Virus record (IMG/VR): IMGVR_UViG_3300021964_000012
Span: 248,001-312,000 of that record
Direction: 5' to 3' (one strand)
DNA: 64,000 nucleotides
Shown here: positions 18,703-28,877 of the stretch, piece by piece
Position numbering within the stretch: position 1 is the stretch's first letter
Layout: each line of letters starts with the position of its first letter
Made by a program: the position numbers and the translations under genes
The notes under the pieces: generated by a model
Seen by the model: only the letters and a program-made list of their open reading frames with translations
Told to the model about the DNA's origin: nothing
Databases searched by the model: none

Positions 18703-19923
18703 TTACCATTTGCGACAGGACCAATAACGTGCTTTCGTCTTTGGTCCTGGATTATCGCAGTTGTGCCTAGCTCTAAAACTCTTACGTGCTTTAGGATTGT
18801 TTTTTCTTATACGCATTGATTTGCCCTTGACGCTGGTTCCGCCGTGACCAAAGTTCACTTTTTTCACATTACCTGTTTTTGGATCTTTCACATATACTTT
18901 AAACTTTTTGACATCACCTTGCATAGGCTTATTAAGTTCAACTTTACGTCCTTGATATTCTGCTTCTGCTATATCTGCTTCAACTACACGCTTCAAACTT
19001 CTAATAGTGTCGTTAACCATTGCACTGATATCGCTTGATCCTATCTCGTCATCGTCATCGCCATGGAATTCAGCAGTATCTCTAATTGCTTGTGTAATTT
19101 GCTCGATACCATACTGTCTAACCATGTCTGAGAACTCAGGATGATTCATAATCCTGCGTGTAATCATTGCTTCTACATCTTCAACATCTTCGATGAGTTT
19201 TTCAGTTTGTTCAACTGCTTCTGTAAGTTTGCGTGTGTAATATTCAGCACTTGATGGTATGCCCATACGTTTGTAAAGATCTGCTTGCTCTTCGAACATT
19301 TTTATATCGCTTGCAAGTTTTTGTATTTGTTTACAATTACAATGTGGACACTTCGCACCACAAGTACAGTCCATTACCTTAACACCACAACAAGCATCAG
19401 GACAGTATATTTTACCATCTTTAATACGTTCTAGTAGTGTGCCTTCATTTGTAATAGCACGATACTGGCTTTTACTGCTTTCCTTTACTCTAGCTTCTGC
19501 AATTCTAAAACCATCATGTGTAATGCCAGTTTTATTTGTTAGATAGTCTGCAATAAATTCTTCTGTATCTTCATCGTCTAGTCCAACTGGAACAGGAACT
19601 GTCATAGTTGTACTTAAATCACTTACATCATCTTCAGCGTCCCATTTGATATTAGTTACTTTAACTATGCCTTCGTCTAGTTCTTCTGAAGGTGGATCAA
19701 TAACTCCATCTGTGTCGTCACCCACATAGTTACAGTCTTCTAGTATACCATACGCATATTCATCTAAATGTAGTGTAATACTATCATCACTGTGTTCAAC
19801 TACAGGAAAGTCTATAGCAATTTCGTCATCAAAATCTTCTCTAACAACAACTTCAAGCACATCACCTGTAATAGGAAATGCAACTGCTCTTTCACTTTCT
19901 GGTATGTACTTTTTTAAACTCAT
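18703..19923 (-). CDS. Acidic multidomain protein with Cys-rich insert and basic C-terminal domain (DUF6321-like, from memory)
   Basis: CPDACCGVKVMDCTCGAKCPHCNC; C-terminal KKFKVYVKDPKTGNVKKVNFG...SFRARHNC...YWSCRKW. Confidence 0.6.
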   Translation of the reverse strand: MSLKKYIPESERAVAFPITGDVLEVVVREDFDDEIAIDFPVVEHSDDSITLHLDEYAYGILEDCNYVGDDTDGVIDPPSEELDEGIVKVTNIKWDAEDDVSDLSTTMTVPVPVGLDDEDTEEFIADYLTNKTGITHDGFRIAEARVKESSKSQYRAITNEGTLLERIKDGKIYCPDACCGVKVMDCTCGAKCPHCNCKQIQKLASDIKMFEEQADLYKRMGIPSSAEYYTRKLTEAVEQTEKLIEDVEDVEAMITRRIMNHPEFSDMVRQYGIEQITQAIRDTAEFHGDDDDEIGSSDISAMVNDTIRSLKRVVEADIAEAEYQGRKVELNKPMQGDVKKFKVYVKDPKTGNVKKVNFGHGGTSVKGKSMRIRKNNPKARKSFRARHNCDNPGPKTKARYWSCRKW

Positions 19924-21341
19924 TACTTTGCCTTGTATTCTTGATATAGTTTCATTAGATGATCTTCGCTGACTTCATTAAGCTCTGACTCACCAAGCAC
20001 TGACATTGGGTTGTCTCCACCAGCAACTTTTGGATATGCCATTTTCTTTGGTCCGTTAAGTCCACCAGCAATGTCCTGTGTCATATACTCAGTATCCATT
20101 GTGTTTTCATCATCTGCACCATTGGCAAATTCTTGATCTTCTGCTACGTCAACTTGCACTTCACCGTATCCTGGTTGTGCCATGCCCATTCCTGCTAATT
20201 TAAGCAATTGAGCTAGTTTGGCTGCTTCTTCGCCGCTTGCATTAATATTAATACTTGGCTCTGCGTTTGTTCCAGCATTTACGCTTATGCTCATGTCTTC
20301 ATTCAATTGTGTTGCACGTTTTACAATCTCGTTGCTTTCGTATACACTTGCGTTTTGATATAAAGGCTTACCTGCGCCTTCTGAAGTTGCAACTGAACCA
20401 GATGAAGTGGTTTCTTCTACTTTTTCTTCTGATTCTTTTTTGAGATCTGGATATCCAGTTCCGCCGCACTCAGAACATTCTTTACCGTCTTCGTCCTTGC
20501 CGTCTTCGCATTGATCACATACTTTACTTCCAGTGCCTTCATCCATTTTACTGCACTTTGAAGCCATAAGTTTAATTTTATCCTGATCGCAGTCACTGTA
20601 CTTTTCACAAATTTCAGCTTCTGTCATGCCTTTGTCAACACACGCTTTCATTTCTTTCATAGATGGCATACCATCATGTTCTGCTTCTTCGATGGCTTCG
20701 TTTTTCTTGTCACCTTTAACAGGATAGGTTTTGCCATCAACTTCAAAACTGTCTTTGCCAGCTTTTATTGCTTTGTCTCTTTCACCTGAAAATTCATTGC
20801 CTTCTTCTACGTCTGCTTCATCAAGTGGATTTTCTGCCATTATCTTTGCGGCTACGTCTTGTGGTGTGCCTAAGGCTTCTTCAATCTCTTGTACAGGAAG
20901 ACCAGCTAGTTCTGCTAAACGTGCCATTACACCTTGTCTGGCTGCATCTTTCAGTGTACCCGAGTTTTCGTGCATTCCATCTTTGTCATGCTTCTCATCA
21001 TACTCGATATCTTTGGTAACGTCTTTACCATCTTTACCAGCATGCTTCATACCATCGTACTTTGCATCATGTGCAACTTCACGTCCGGCTTTTTCGGCAC
21101 GATCATCTCTTTCAACATCAGACTCTTTTTCAAACATCTTGTTGTCTTTTTTCTTCTCTGGTAAACCATCAGGACTTTGTTTGTCGCTAAATGGAGTATA
21201 GTCTGCTTGTTTGTTAAGTTTTGTTTTCTTCATAAGGTCCTCTAGACCTTTTTTCATCATAGCCTGATTGTCTTCTTTATATATCTCAGGTGCATTTGCT
21301 ACCTTGTTTAGTTTGGCTAGTGTGTCGTAAATATTGTCCAT
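19923..21341 (-). CDS. Highly acidic putative internal head protein (start revised to ATG 21341, 472 aa)
   Basis: AAGGA SD before MDNIY; many LxE/IxE sites; CxxC..CxxCGGTG motif; RLAELAGL and LLKLAGM motifs. Confidence 0.6.
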   Translation of the reverse strand: MDNIYDTLAKLNKVANAPEIYKEDNQAMMKKGLEDLMKKTKLNKQADYTPFSDKQSPDGLPEKKKDNKMFEKESDVERDDRAEKAGREVAHDAKYDGMKHAGKDGKDVTKDIEYDEKHDKDGMHENSGTLKDAARQGVMARLAELAGLPVQEIEEALGTPQDVAAKIMAENPLDEADVEEGNEFSGERDKAIKAGKDSFEVDGKTYPVKGDKKNEAIEEAEHDGMPSMKEMKACVDKGMTEAEICEKYSDCDQDKIKLMASKCSKMDEGTGSKVCDQCEDGKDEDGKECSECGGTGYPDLKKESEEKVEETTSSGSVATSEGAGKPLYQNASVYESNEIVKRATQLNEDMSISVNAGTNAEPSININASGEEAAKLAQLLKLAGMGMAQPGYGEVQVDVAEDQEFANGADDENTMDTEYMTQDIAGGLNGPKKMAYPKVAGGDNPMSVLGESELNEVSEDHLMKLYQEYKAK

Positions 21342-21354
21342 TATAGGTTCCTTT

Positions 21355-22008
21355 TTATTTTTTGTTTTTACCCGGAGGGCCGTCTTTGCGATTCTCCGGA
21401 GCCGAACTACCATTGGAGGCTTTTACGACCGGAATCTTGTTAGTACCCATAATAGGACTATCTACACTATTAGGAGTATCTGTGTTGAATTTTGCTGGAG
21501 GAGTTGTACCACCTGCTATTGTAAAATCACTTGAGTATTCGTTGCCAACTACTTCTCTTTTATACGGATCAGCGGCATAGTATTCACTTGCTTTTTTGCT
21601 CTCTGAACTTTCTGGTTGTTCACCTTCTTCAGTACCAAGCACTGGATCAGGTTGCTCTTCATAACCTTTACGCTCTTCTTCTACACTATCAGCATACGCT
21701 TGTGATTGTATGATGATATGATTTGGATTCATTCCGAGAAGTTCAGCCATCTGTGTTATCTGTGGCGGTGTTGCTGGATAGTTAAAAGTCACATCCATAA
21801 ATGTAATACTATCATTTTCAGCTTCTGGAAAGTCTGGTAAGGTTTTTTGTATTGGAGTACTCTTTGGTTCTGTCATACTTACAACATCAAACTGTTGGAG
21901 TTTTTCTTCCAAAGCATTAATTAGTTCTGCATCAACATCACCAAGTATTTTGATTCTATAATCAAATGTTTGACGTGTTTCTACAAGGTATTGTGCAAAT
22001 GATTTCAT
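21355..22008 (-). CDS. Hypothetical head-associated protein
   Basis: Starts MKSFAQYLVE (capsid-targeting-like); CTAAATA at 22035..22029 and AAGGA SD. Confidence 0.6.
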   Translation of the reverse strand: MKSFAQYLVETRQTFDYRIKILGDVDAELINALEEKLQQFDVVSMTEPKSTPIQKTLPDFPEAENDSITFMDVTFNYPATPPQITQMAELLGMNPNHIIIQSQAYADSVEEERKGYEEQPDPVLGTEEGEQPESSESKKASEYYAADPYKREVVGNEYSSDFTIAGGTTPPAKFNTDTPNSVDSPIMGTNKIPVVKASNGSSAPENRKDGPPGKNKK

Positions 22009-22046
22009 CTTATTTTCCTTCTATGCAGTATTTAGCAGAATAGAGC

Positions 22047-22541
22047 TTATTTCTCTTCTTTGTCTTTGTTTAACAACCTATCTAGTAGTGCATTCCTATC
22101 TAATACAACACCAGTTCCTGTGGCAATCTCTTCATTGTTAGATATTGCTTTTTGGTCCAGGTTTGCTTTTTTAAGTTGTAAATCCACCATTTTTAGTTTT
22201 TTGTTTAATTTAGCAGTTTTAGCAGTTATAGCGTGTCCGAGCATGGTACTTGCTACTCCAAAAATATCACTTGCCCATCTGCTGTCGACGTTCATTCCAA
22301 GATCCATGAGATCATCAAAACCTTTGGTTGCTTTGTCTGCAAGTTCGTCCATTTCTGTATCGCTTGCTTCCAATCCACGCACTTGAGGAAGTGCCGCTTG
22401 CACTTTATCAAGCTCACTGAGTGTATTTTGCATGATTGGGTTATTTTCTGGAGTTGGTTCAGGCACGTTGTCTGGCACTACTTCTTCAGTAAGCCCTTCA
22501 TCAGTCGGCAAATCAAATAGTTCTTCTAGTTTCTTGGTCAT
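22047..22541 (-). CDS. Possible terminase small subunit (gp16-like)
   Basis: 164-aa helical coiled-coil protein with acidic N-terminus and C-terminal VLDRNALLDRLL, resembling T4-like gp16 architecture; weak. Confidence 0.4.
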   Translation of the reverse strand: MTKKLEELFDLPTDEGLTEEVVPDNVPEPTPENNPIMQNTLSELDKVQAALPQVRGLEASDTEMDELADKATKGFDDLMDLGMNVDSRWASDIFGVASTMLGHAITAKTAKLNKKLKMVDLQLKKANLDQKAISNNEEIATGTGVVLDRNALLDRLLNKDKEEK

Positions 22542-22677
22542 GTGCTTCCTTCAAACATTCTGGACATACGCAATCATGTAACTCTGTGCTAATTGGTACC
22601 AACGGTTCGATCATACACCAACAGGTGTAGTTTGGATCGCAAGTAAATCTAGTGTTACACAGTTCGCAAGTCTTCAT
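22513..22677 (-). CDS. Unannotated 54-aa cysteine-rich CWC-family protein
   Basis: MKTCELCNTRFTCDPNYTCWCMIEPLVPISTELHDCVCPECLKEAHDQETRRTI: CxxC, C, CWC, CxCPxC pattern of Cys_rich_CWC. Confidence 0.7.
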   Translation of the reverse strand: MKTCELCNTRFTCDPNYTCWCMIEPLVPISTELHDCVCPECLKEAHDQETRRTI

Positions 22678-22682
22678 TTTAC

Positions 22683-23123
22683 TTATTTTCGTTTTCCACC
22701 TTGACGGAAAATGTCATCCTCTGTAATCACTCTAAATATCAAACCGTTACGCTGACACCATTTCTGTGCGGCTGCCCACTTTGCATAATTTATGGCCACA
22801 ATTGCACGATCTCGATTGCTTGCTTTACTTTCTAGCACGCTTTGTTTTTTTGGTTTTATTTCGATTAGTTCAGTAACAACCTTATTATGTTTGTTTCTGT
22901 ATTGTATTAAAAAGTCAGGAATATATCTTGTTTTTTTTCCAGTCAATGGATTTATATAAGGAATTACTAGACTTTCACTAGACCATGATATAATATGATC
23001 GTTACTATCACAAAAACGCATAAACGCAAGTTCCCATCCACTTCTATACTTGGGCACACCTTTTCCTGCATATTTTTGAGGATTTAGAACTACGTAAGGT
23101 CCTTGTTGGAACTTGTTAGCCAT
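22683..23123 (-). CDS. gp4: Head completion nuclease, T4 gp4-like (TnsA-like PD-(D/E)xK)
   Basis: YRSGWE..FM..CD, WSSE, RYIPDF, IEIKPKKQ, KWAAA.KWC. Confidence 0.9.
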   Translation of the reverse strand: MANKFQQGPYVVLNPQKYAGKGVPKYRSGWELAFMRFCDSNDHIISWSSESLVIPYINPLTGKKTRYIPDFLIQYRNKHNKVVTELIEIKPKKQSVLESKASNRDRAIVAINYAKWAAAQKWCQRNGLIFRVITEDDIFRQGGKRK

Positions 23124-23130
23124 AGTTCAC

Positions 23131-23490
23131 CTATATTAAGATATTGCGTGCAGTATACTGATTTGGAGTAGAAATTGAAGTTATACCAAGTAAAGTAGTG
23201 TTACTGCGTTGGTTATTTAGATAATAGGCAAGAGTAGCAGTAATTTGTATAGTATTTTGGTTACGGAGCTGATTTAGGATATTTTCAACTGACTCACCAT
23301 TATCTTCACTGATTTGAAATACACTGAGTGTAAAATTTTCTGCTTGATCTTTACTTGCAAAAATACTTGCAAAAAAACTATACACAGTATCATATTGATT
23401 TTGATCAATTACAAGTTCACGCTGGTAAAAATCATCAAATGCTCTAACAGTTGGATCAGTTCCTGGATTTGGATAGTTGATTGTTGCCAT
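23131..23490 (-). CDS. Hypothetical structural protein (start revised to ATG 23490)
   Basis: GAGG SD before MATINYP; removes the overlap with the 412-aa gene. Confidence 0.6.
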   Translation of the reverse strand: MATINYPNPGTDPTVRAFDDFYQRELVIDQNQYDTVYSFFASIFASKDQAENFTLSVFQISEDNGESVENILNQLRNQNTIQITATLAYYLNNQRSNTTLLGITSISTPNQYTARNILI

Positions 23491-23491
23491 A

Positions 23492-24730
23492 CTAGCCTCT
23501 TTGATTTGGATTTTTACCAACTTGATTAGGAACTGTTATTGGTCCGTTTAAGTTGGTAGGATTCTGATTTGTCCCAGTATTAGCAGGTTTAAGTGTTGCG
23601 GCTTGTTCATTAACGGGTGTGAACCTAGCCTGTTTTGGAAAGAACCCACTGCCTCTAGCTGCACCTGGTAAATCTTCTTTTATAACATTTCTAGCGATAT
23701 TTGTCGATTCAGTTTTGAACATTTCATTGAGATCTCTGCCTTTGAAGGTTTGATAAGCAGTGCCACCTTTTTGAATTGCTCCAACAACACCTGCAAGATT
23801 TCCGGCACTTAAATCTGTAATAATTCCTGCACCTGCATCAATTAGTCCACTTTGTCCAAATATTGTAGCAGTAGCACCAGGACGAGCCAATGGTGATTTT
23901 GTTGTATCATAGTTTGCATTATTGCCAAAACTTGGAATAGCATCATCTGGTGAACTACCATTGATTGCGCCATGATAGTATTTGACTGTTTCATATTCAA
24001 AAGTGAACGTATTTTGCATGATGCCGCCACCCTCGGTGTAGTTGTAGGTATCATGTTCAAATGCACTGATAATAGGATTTACAAGCACATAGGCTGCAAA
24101 CTGATGATCGTTAAATCCAAATATTGTTATATCTCGAAAGAATGCTGGCTTACCACCTCTAGTATCAGTAGGACCATCCATATAACTTTCGCCAATATAG
24201 CCCCAATCGTTTATTTCTCTATCCTGAGTATAAATGTCTCTGAATCCATATGGGTATGCGGCTCCTGGATCTACACCACTGGCATTTTGTCCTAAACTGC
24301 CATTTGTCACTGCCGCATCAAGGTATTTTTGACTTGCATCCTTGTAATAGTATGCGTAATAATTGTACCATAGCTCTCTTGCAAGATCGCTGGTATCGTC
24401 ATGCATGACACATGTAATTGGGTCGTACTCTATTTGTGTTTGGACTTTACGTTTTCTATTGTACTGATTCATAGTGTCAACAGAAAATTTATAAGCAGGA
24501 AGTTTTACTTCTTTTACCAGTAAACTGAGATTTGCAACATCTTGTGCTTGAAACACTGCCTGTAGTTGCGGAATTAAAAATGAATTTATGTTGAAGACTA
24601 CATGAAATAAAAACTTTCGACGTGGAGAAAGCGCCGAGTTATTACTGCGAAATGTTTTACTCGCATGTGTATAATCTCTTAAAAAGTCGTTTCCAAAAAA
24701 TCCTTTGAGTACATCGTCACCAAAAGCCAT
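23492..24730 (-). CDS. Tail-tube-fold protein (gp19/gp48/gp54-like tube initiator)
   Basis: VKEVKLPAYKFSVDTMNQYNRKR..QTQIEYDPITCVMHDD tube-like motif; directly after the tube gene. Confidence 0.6.
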   Translation of the reverse strand: MAFGDDVLKGFFGNDFLRDYTHASKTFRSNNSALSPRRKFLFHVVFNINSFLIPQLQAVFQAQDVANLSLLVKEVKLPAYKFSVDTMNQYNRKRKVQTQIEYDPITCVMHDDTSDLARELWYNYYAYYYKDASQKYLDAAVTNGSLGQNASGVDPGAAYPYGFRDIYTQDREINDWGYIGESYMDGPTDTRGGKPAFFRDITIFGFNDHQFAAYVLVNPIISAFEHDTYNYTEGGGIMQNTFTFEYETVKYYHGAINGSSPDDAIPSFGNNANYDTTKSPLARPGATATIFGQSGLIDAGAGIITDLSAGNLAGVVGAIQKGGTAYQTFKGRDLNEMFKTESTNIARNVIKEDLPGAARGSGFFPKQARFTPVNEQAATLKPANTGTNQNPTNLNGPITVPNQVGKNPNQRG

Positions 24731-24750
24731 AAGTTACTCCTCTAACTTAA

Positions 24751-25368
24751 TTAGCCAGTTACAACGTCACCCAGTGTTCTTCCTACTGTAGATCCAATTC
24801 CTGTTCCAAGTGGTGTCTGTACTGCGTTGTCATAACGTAATGAGCATTCAATTGTTACAGGATCGTTTGATGCATAGTCTAAGTCACCATAGTTAGCACT
24901 TACTAAAAAGCAACCATATAGTTCCCATGTTTCAAGTACGTTAGGTGTGCTTGTTCCGTTACCACCATCTAGTACTTCACAACGTGTAACAAACTTATAG
25001 TCAATACCTGAACTTGCACTTGCTTGTTCTAGTGTATCCATTTGCTTTTGAATTTGCTCACCAACTAATCTACTAACATTTCCACCAGCATCATCTCTGA
25101 ATGTTGCTGATACAGCGTCCCATGTTTGACGTCCAGCAAGATAAATTCTACTGTTGTAAATTGGTACTTCAATTTCTTCAAAGTTTATAGTAGGTCTAGT
25201 AAAAGTCATTACCTGTTTGGTAAGTTCTGTTCTAGGTGTAGACACTCCCATGTTTTCAAATACCACCCGGTAGCGATATTTTAGTTTTGGCATTAACAGT
25301 CCTTGAGTTGGACTGGATTGGTCTGACGCCAATGGTACTGTCATTCTTGTTAGCGATGATACGGCCAT
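24751..25368 (-). CDS. gp19: Tail tube protein, gp19-like
   Basis: RPTINFEEIEVP..YLAGRQTW, WELYGCFL..YGDLDY..VTIECSLRYD; follows the sheath. Confidence 0.85.
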   Translation of the reverse strand: MAVSSLTRMTVPLASDQSSPTQGLLMPKLKYRYRVVFENMGVSTPRTELTKQVMTFTRPTINFEEIEVPIYNSRIYLAGRQTWDAVSATFRDDAGGNVSRLVGEQIQKQMDTLEQASASSGIDYKFVTRCEVLDGGNGTSTPNVLETWELYGCFLVSANYGDLDYASNDPVTIECSLRYDNAVQTPLGTGIGSTVGRTLGDVVTG

Positions 25369-25393
25369 TTTATAATTCTCCTTATTATAATTT

Positions 25394-25400
25394 TATTTAT
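25394..25400 (-). promoter_or_regulatory. Late promoter ATAAATA for tail tube
   Basis: Lies between the terminator and the AAGGAG SD. Confidence 0.6.
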
Positions 25401-25414
25401 CTATTTTTGACCAC

Positions 25415-25441
25415 AAAAAAATGGAGCCGAAGCTCCATTTT
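25415..25441 (-). terminator. Intrinsic terminator after tail sheath
   Basis: AAAATGGAGC-TTCG-GCTCCATTTTTTT; C(UUCG)G tetraloop as in T4 terminators. Confidence 0.85.
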
Positions 25442-25457
25442 GTATTTTTTCTTGTTC

Positions 25458-28400
25458 TTACGTTACCGCAGCCGAGCTTGCTACGTTACCAGCTGCAATT
25501 TCGCCTGTGTTCTTAATTCTTACAGGTATGAAGATAAATTCAACTGCTTTAACTGGCTCGATAGCAACATCAACATATAATTCGTTGGCGTCTATTCTAG
25601 CTGGTGTGTTGTTAGAAGTATCACAAACTACCAAATAGTCATATATACCACGTTTTGCTACTAAATCAATCATCAAGCTCTCAATTGCATTTTTGATTTC
25701 ATCTCTTGTGGTGGTATCGTTTGGCTCAAAAACAAAGTTCTTACCAATTGTTTCTAGTCTACCTCTGATAAATGCTACAAGTCTTGCAACGTTTATTCTA
25801 TCAAGTGAACTACCAGTAAATGTTGTTTTGTTACCATAGTTAAGTATACCTGATCCAGGAATAAAAGTAATTGGATTTATACTGTTTTCATATAGTGTAT
25901 CTCTCAAACCTTGTCTTACCGCAGTTTGAACAAACTCACCTGTTTGAGCATTTACATATCCAATTTGACTTGCATTATCAACAGTACCACGTCGTGTACC
26001 TGCAGGTGCTAACCAAGGAAATGCTACATCGTCTGAACGTATCACAGTTCTCAGTATCATGTGTGTTGCTGGTGCAACAACTGTTTGTCCAGATAAGTCT
26101 GTAGTTTGACAACTTGGATAAAACACACCAAAATATGGATCAGCAGTAGTCAGTCCATCACCATTGGCATTTGTTGCCCAATTAGTGATAGCAGTTCCTG
26201 TGTCTTCTAAACGCATAGGTGTATCACTTAGAACAAATCCAGTATTGTTACGCTCATTGTTTAGTGCTACAAGGTTGTTTGCTAATTCTTCATAGTTTGG
26301 AGCACATAATAGATTAAAGATCTTTTGCTCTTCACGTAATTCTTGTGCGCCATCAACACTTGCTTTTAATGCTTGTACAACAAGTGCTCTCACTGCTTTT
26401 CTACCTGCAAACATAGCACCATTTGATTGTAAGCCACTTGCTGTTACCCAAGCGTCTTTCACAGTTGGTAATGCACCATATGTAGAAAATGGAAAGTCCG
26501 AAGAATTAAAATAATCTACTTGAAAGCTCTTAACATTAAATCCACTACGTCTTGTGTTGTATAACAACATGCCAGTTGGATAAAGTGTAGGATTTGGTTT
26601 ATCAAGATCTACATAGTTACTGGTTAGTAGAGATTCAATTGTTGGAAGATCATCTGTTATAGGATCTGTAGTGCCATTTCCAGCCCAACGTGCATCTGCA
26701 AAAAGCACACCATTTTGTCCAGTTTGATCTGAGTTATCAATTAATACCCATTGATCAACTGAATCAACACTTTGCCATCTATAAATTAAAGGCCAGTTAT
26801 CGAGATCAGCCGTTGAAATCCATAAGTCACCATATACCAATGCAGTATCGTCACTTTGTTTTGTTGGAGCAGTTGAACTTATAATTGGACCAGCTGGTGA
26901 AGTTGTACTTAGGTCAAAACCTCTAGCATCGCTAGTAACATTTTGATAGCCTTTCCAAGTTCCACCATCCTGTATCATTATATCTACTGGATTAGTATCA
27001 CTGTAATACCAATATGTTCCATCTGCTGGATCAATGCTTGGTGCAGTTGAACTAGCAGTATATCTTGGTGTAAGTCCAAATCCTAATGGAATCCAGTTAC
27101 TTAGGATTACATTATTATCGCTACCTGTTCTAACTTGACCTGTGGTAACCGATGTGCTGATTCCTGCATCTGCAACTGGTGTACCACTTATGTCTTTAAG
27201 CACAATTACACCACCTTCGGTGTGTTCAATTTGAACTGCACCTGTGGACAACACTCTTGCAGTTGTGTTTGCTACATCAGCGGCAGTAAATGCAGTAACA
27301 AAGTCGGTTGCACTTGTTCCACCTAATGTTGCAGTAACCGCAGTAGTAAGAGTATCACTATTTTTAGCACTTGCTTGAATTGTAAATGTTTCAAGATTGG
27401 TAAATGTCGGAGTTGTTGTTGTTCCAGTAACAAGAGTTGCTCCTGTAGTGTAACGACTAAAAAACTTTGCCTCAAATATATCTTGTTCAGCTCTGTCATA
27501 CTGTGTATATAAAGAACCTGTTACAATATTTGTTCCACCGCCTGCTGGATCTAATGCTTTTAATGCACTCTGATCATTTGCATAAATTGGGTTGTTAATT
27601 GTTGTGAATGAGTCTGTTGCTGCTGCATACTCTTTAATAACATAGTTTGCACCAAGATTCACATTGTTTGTTTTAAACCAAATTGAACCTGTTGGATGAG
27701 GCTCTGTGTCAAAGCTCTGCCATTGCGGGTTGCTGTAGTTTGGTCCAAAATGCACAACTGGTGCATAATAAGGCTTATCACCTCTTGAAGTACTTGTTGC
27801 AATTCCAACTTCAGTCAACAATGTTGAGTTGTTTCCATCGTCTATCATTGCAATACCATTGCCATCGTCAGTAGAACCATCATTGGCTGCAGTACTGTCT
27901 GCATATATTTCTAATTTGTTATCAGAACTTACAATAGCAGATATACCTGTTATTGAAGCAGTGTTTATGTCACTTGCAAGTGATGTTAATGTTGTTCCTG
28001 ATGCAGTAATAGTTGTATCATTGATTACCATGCTATTACCAGCAGTTATTGTTGGATTAGTAGCAGTACCAATTACTGTTGGCCAGGAATTTTTCCAACT
28101 ATCACTTCCAACAAGCACCCATGAATTAGCAGTAACACTAGCGGCACTATTTCCTGGAGACTTAAAGTACAATGGATTGTTTGAATTTGTTGTGTTTATT
28201 GCATAATCACCGATACTACCAATTGAATCAAGTGGTACACCAGCTGATGTACCGCCGACTAAATCTGCTACATTTGTTATTACAGTTGGCACTTTGTTTG
28301 TAAAAACATTTGTAGTTGACGACCATTCAAAAGCACCATATGCACTTACACCTGTATCAAACCAATATGCACCATCTGCTGGATCGCCAGTAGGTCTTGT

Positions 28401-28769
28401 TGTAGTAGCAGTAAGTTGACTTAGATCAATGTCTGCTCTTTGTACATAAGCTCTGTTGCTGATACCAAGTGCTGAATAAGCAGCCAATAAACCGTATTCG
28501 TTTAGTTCGTAGCCATTTATACTTGTTCCTGCGGCTGTGCTATAAAAGAATGGAGTACCAAATGTTGCTGATAAATCTCTTTGTGATGTAATCAAGTATG
28601 GTTTATTTGCATTTGCTGCGGTTGTTCCTGCAGCTACTCCTACGCCTGCTCCACTTACTTTATTTTGAGCAGTTGCTATCAAAATAAAAGGGACTGAATT
28701 CGTTGCGGCTGGTAGATAGTTACTTTCATCTATTATAGTGACTTCTACGCCTGGTGATGTTAGTGCCAT
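25458..28769 (-). CDS. gp18: Tail sheath protein, gp18-like, with a large central insertion (1103 aa)
   Basis: N-terminal LTSPGVEVTIIDES; C-terminal WLAPAG..RG, LYENSINPI, RINVARL, FVFEPND, IEPVKAVEFIFI. Confidence 0.92.
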   Translation of the reverse strand: MALTSPGVEVTIIDESNYLPAATNSVPFILIATAQNKVSGAGVGVAAGTTAANANKPYLITSQRDLSATFGTPFFYSTAAGTSINGYELNEYGLLAAYSALGISNRAYVQRADIDLSQLTATTTRPTGDPADGAYWFDTGVSAYGAFEWSSTTNVFTNKVPTVITNVADLVGGTSAGVPLDSIGSIGDYAINTTNSNNPLYFKSPGNSAASVTANSWVLVGSDSWKNSWPTVIGTATNPTITAGNSMVINDTTITASGTTLTSLASDINTASITGISAIVSSDNKLEIYADSTAANDGSTDDGNGIAMIDDGNNSTLLTEVGIATSTSRGDKPYYAPVVHFGPNYSNPQWQSFDTEPHPTGSIWFKTNNVNLGANYVIKEYAAATDSFTTINNPIYANDQSALKALDPAGGGTNIVTGSLYTQYDRAEQDIFEAKFFSRYTTGATLVTGTTTTPTFTNLETFTIQASAKNSDTLTTAVTATLGGTSATDFVTAFTAADVANTTARVLSTGAVQIEHTEGGVIVLKDISGTPVADAGISTSVTTGQVRTGSDNNVILSNWIPLGFGLTPRYTASSTAPSIDPADGTYWYYSDTNPVDIMIQDGGTWKGYQNVTSDARGFDLSTTSPAGPIISSTAPTKQSDDTALVYGDLWISTADLDNWPLIYRWQSVDSVDQWVLIDNSDQTGQNGVLFADARWAGNGTTDPITDDLPTIESLLTSNYVDLDKPNPTLYPTGMLLYNTRRSGFNVKSFQVDYFNSSDFPFSTYGALPTVKDAWVTASGLQSNGAMFAGRKAVRALVVQALKASVDGAQELREEQKIFNLLCAPNYEELANNLVALNNERNNTGFVLSDTPMRLEDTGTAITNWATNANGDGLTTADPYFGVFYPSCQTTDLSGQTVVAPATHMILRTVIRSDDVAFPWLAPAGTRRGTVDNASQIGYVNAQTGEFVQTAVRQGLRDTLYENSINPITFIPGSGILNYGNKTTFTGSSLDRINVARLVAFIRGRLETIGKNFVFEPNDTTTRDEIKNAIESLMIDLVAKRGIYDYLVVCDTSNNTPARIDANELYVDVAIEPVKAVEFIFIPVRIKNTGEIAAGNVASSAAVT

Positions 28770-28805
28770 GTTTTCACTTCCTCTGTGTTAAAATCTTCTT
28801 ACTGA

Positions 28806-28872
28806 TATTTATAAGAATATCAATTTTCTTGCCTGATATACTGCCCTTTGCAAAGGTTTACATTGCTAAATA
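28806..28872. promoter_or_regulatory. Divergent late promoters with a central 12-bp palindrome
   Basis: ATAAATA on minus (28812..28806) for the sheath; CTAAATA on plus (28866..28872) 5 nt before ATG 28878; CCTTTGCAAAGG at 28845..28856. Confidence 0.55.
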
Positions 28873-28877
28873 CCCGT

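Noticed and set aside
22680-22686. ATAAGTA before the CWC gene as a late promoter
   Set aside because: Only 2 nt from the ATG, so +1 would fall inside the ORF; probably just the gp4 stop plus chance bases.
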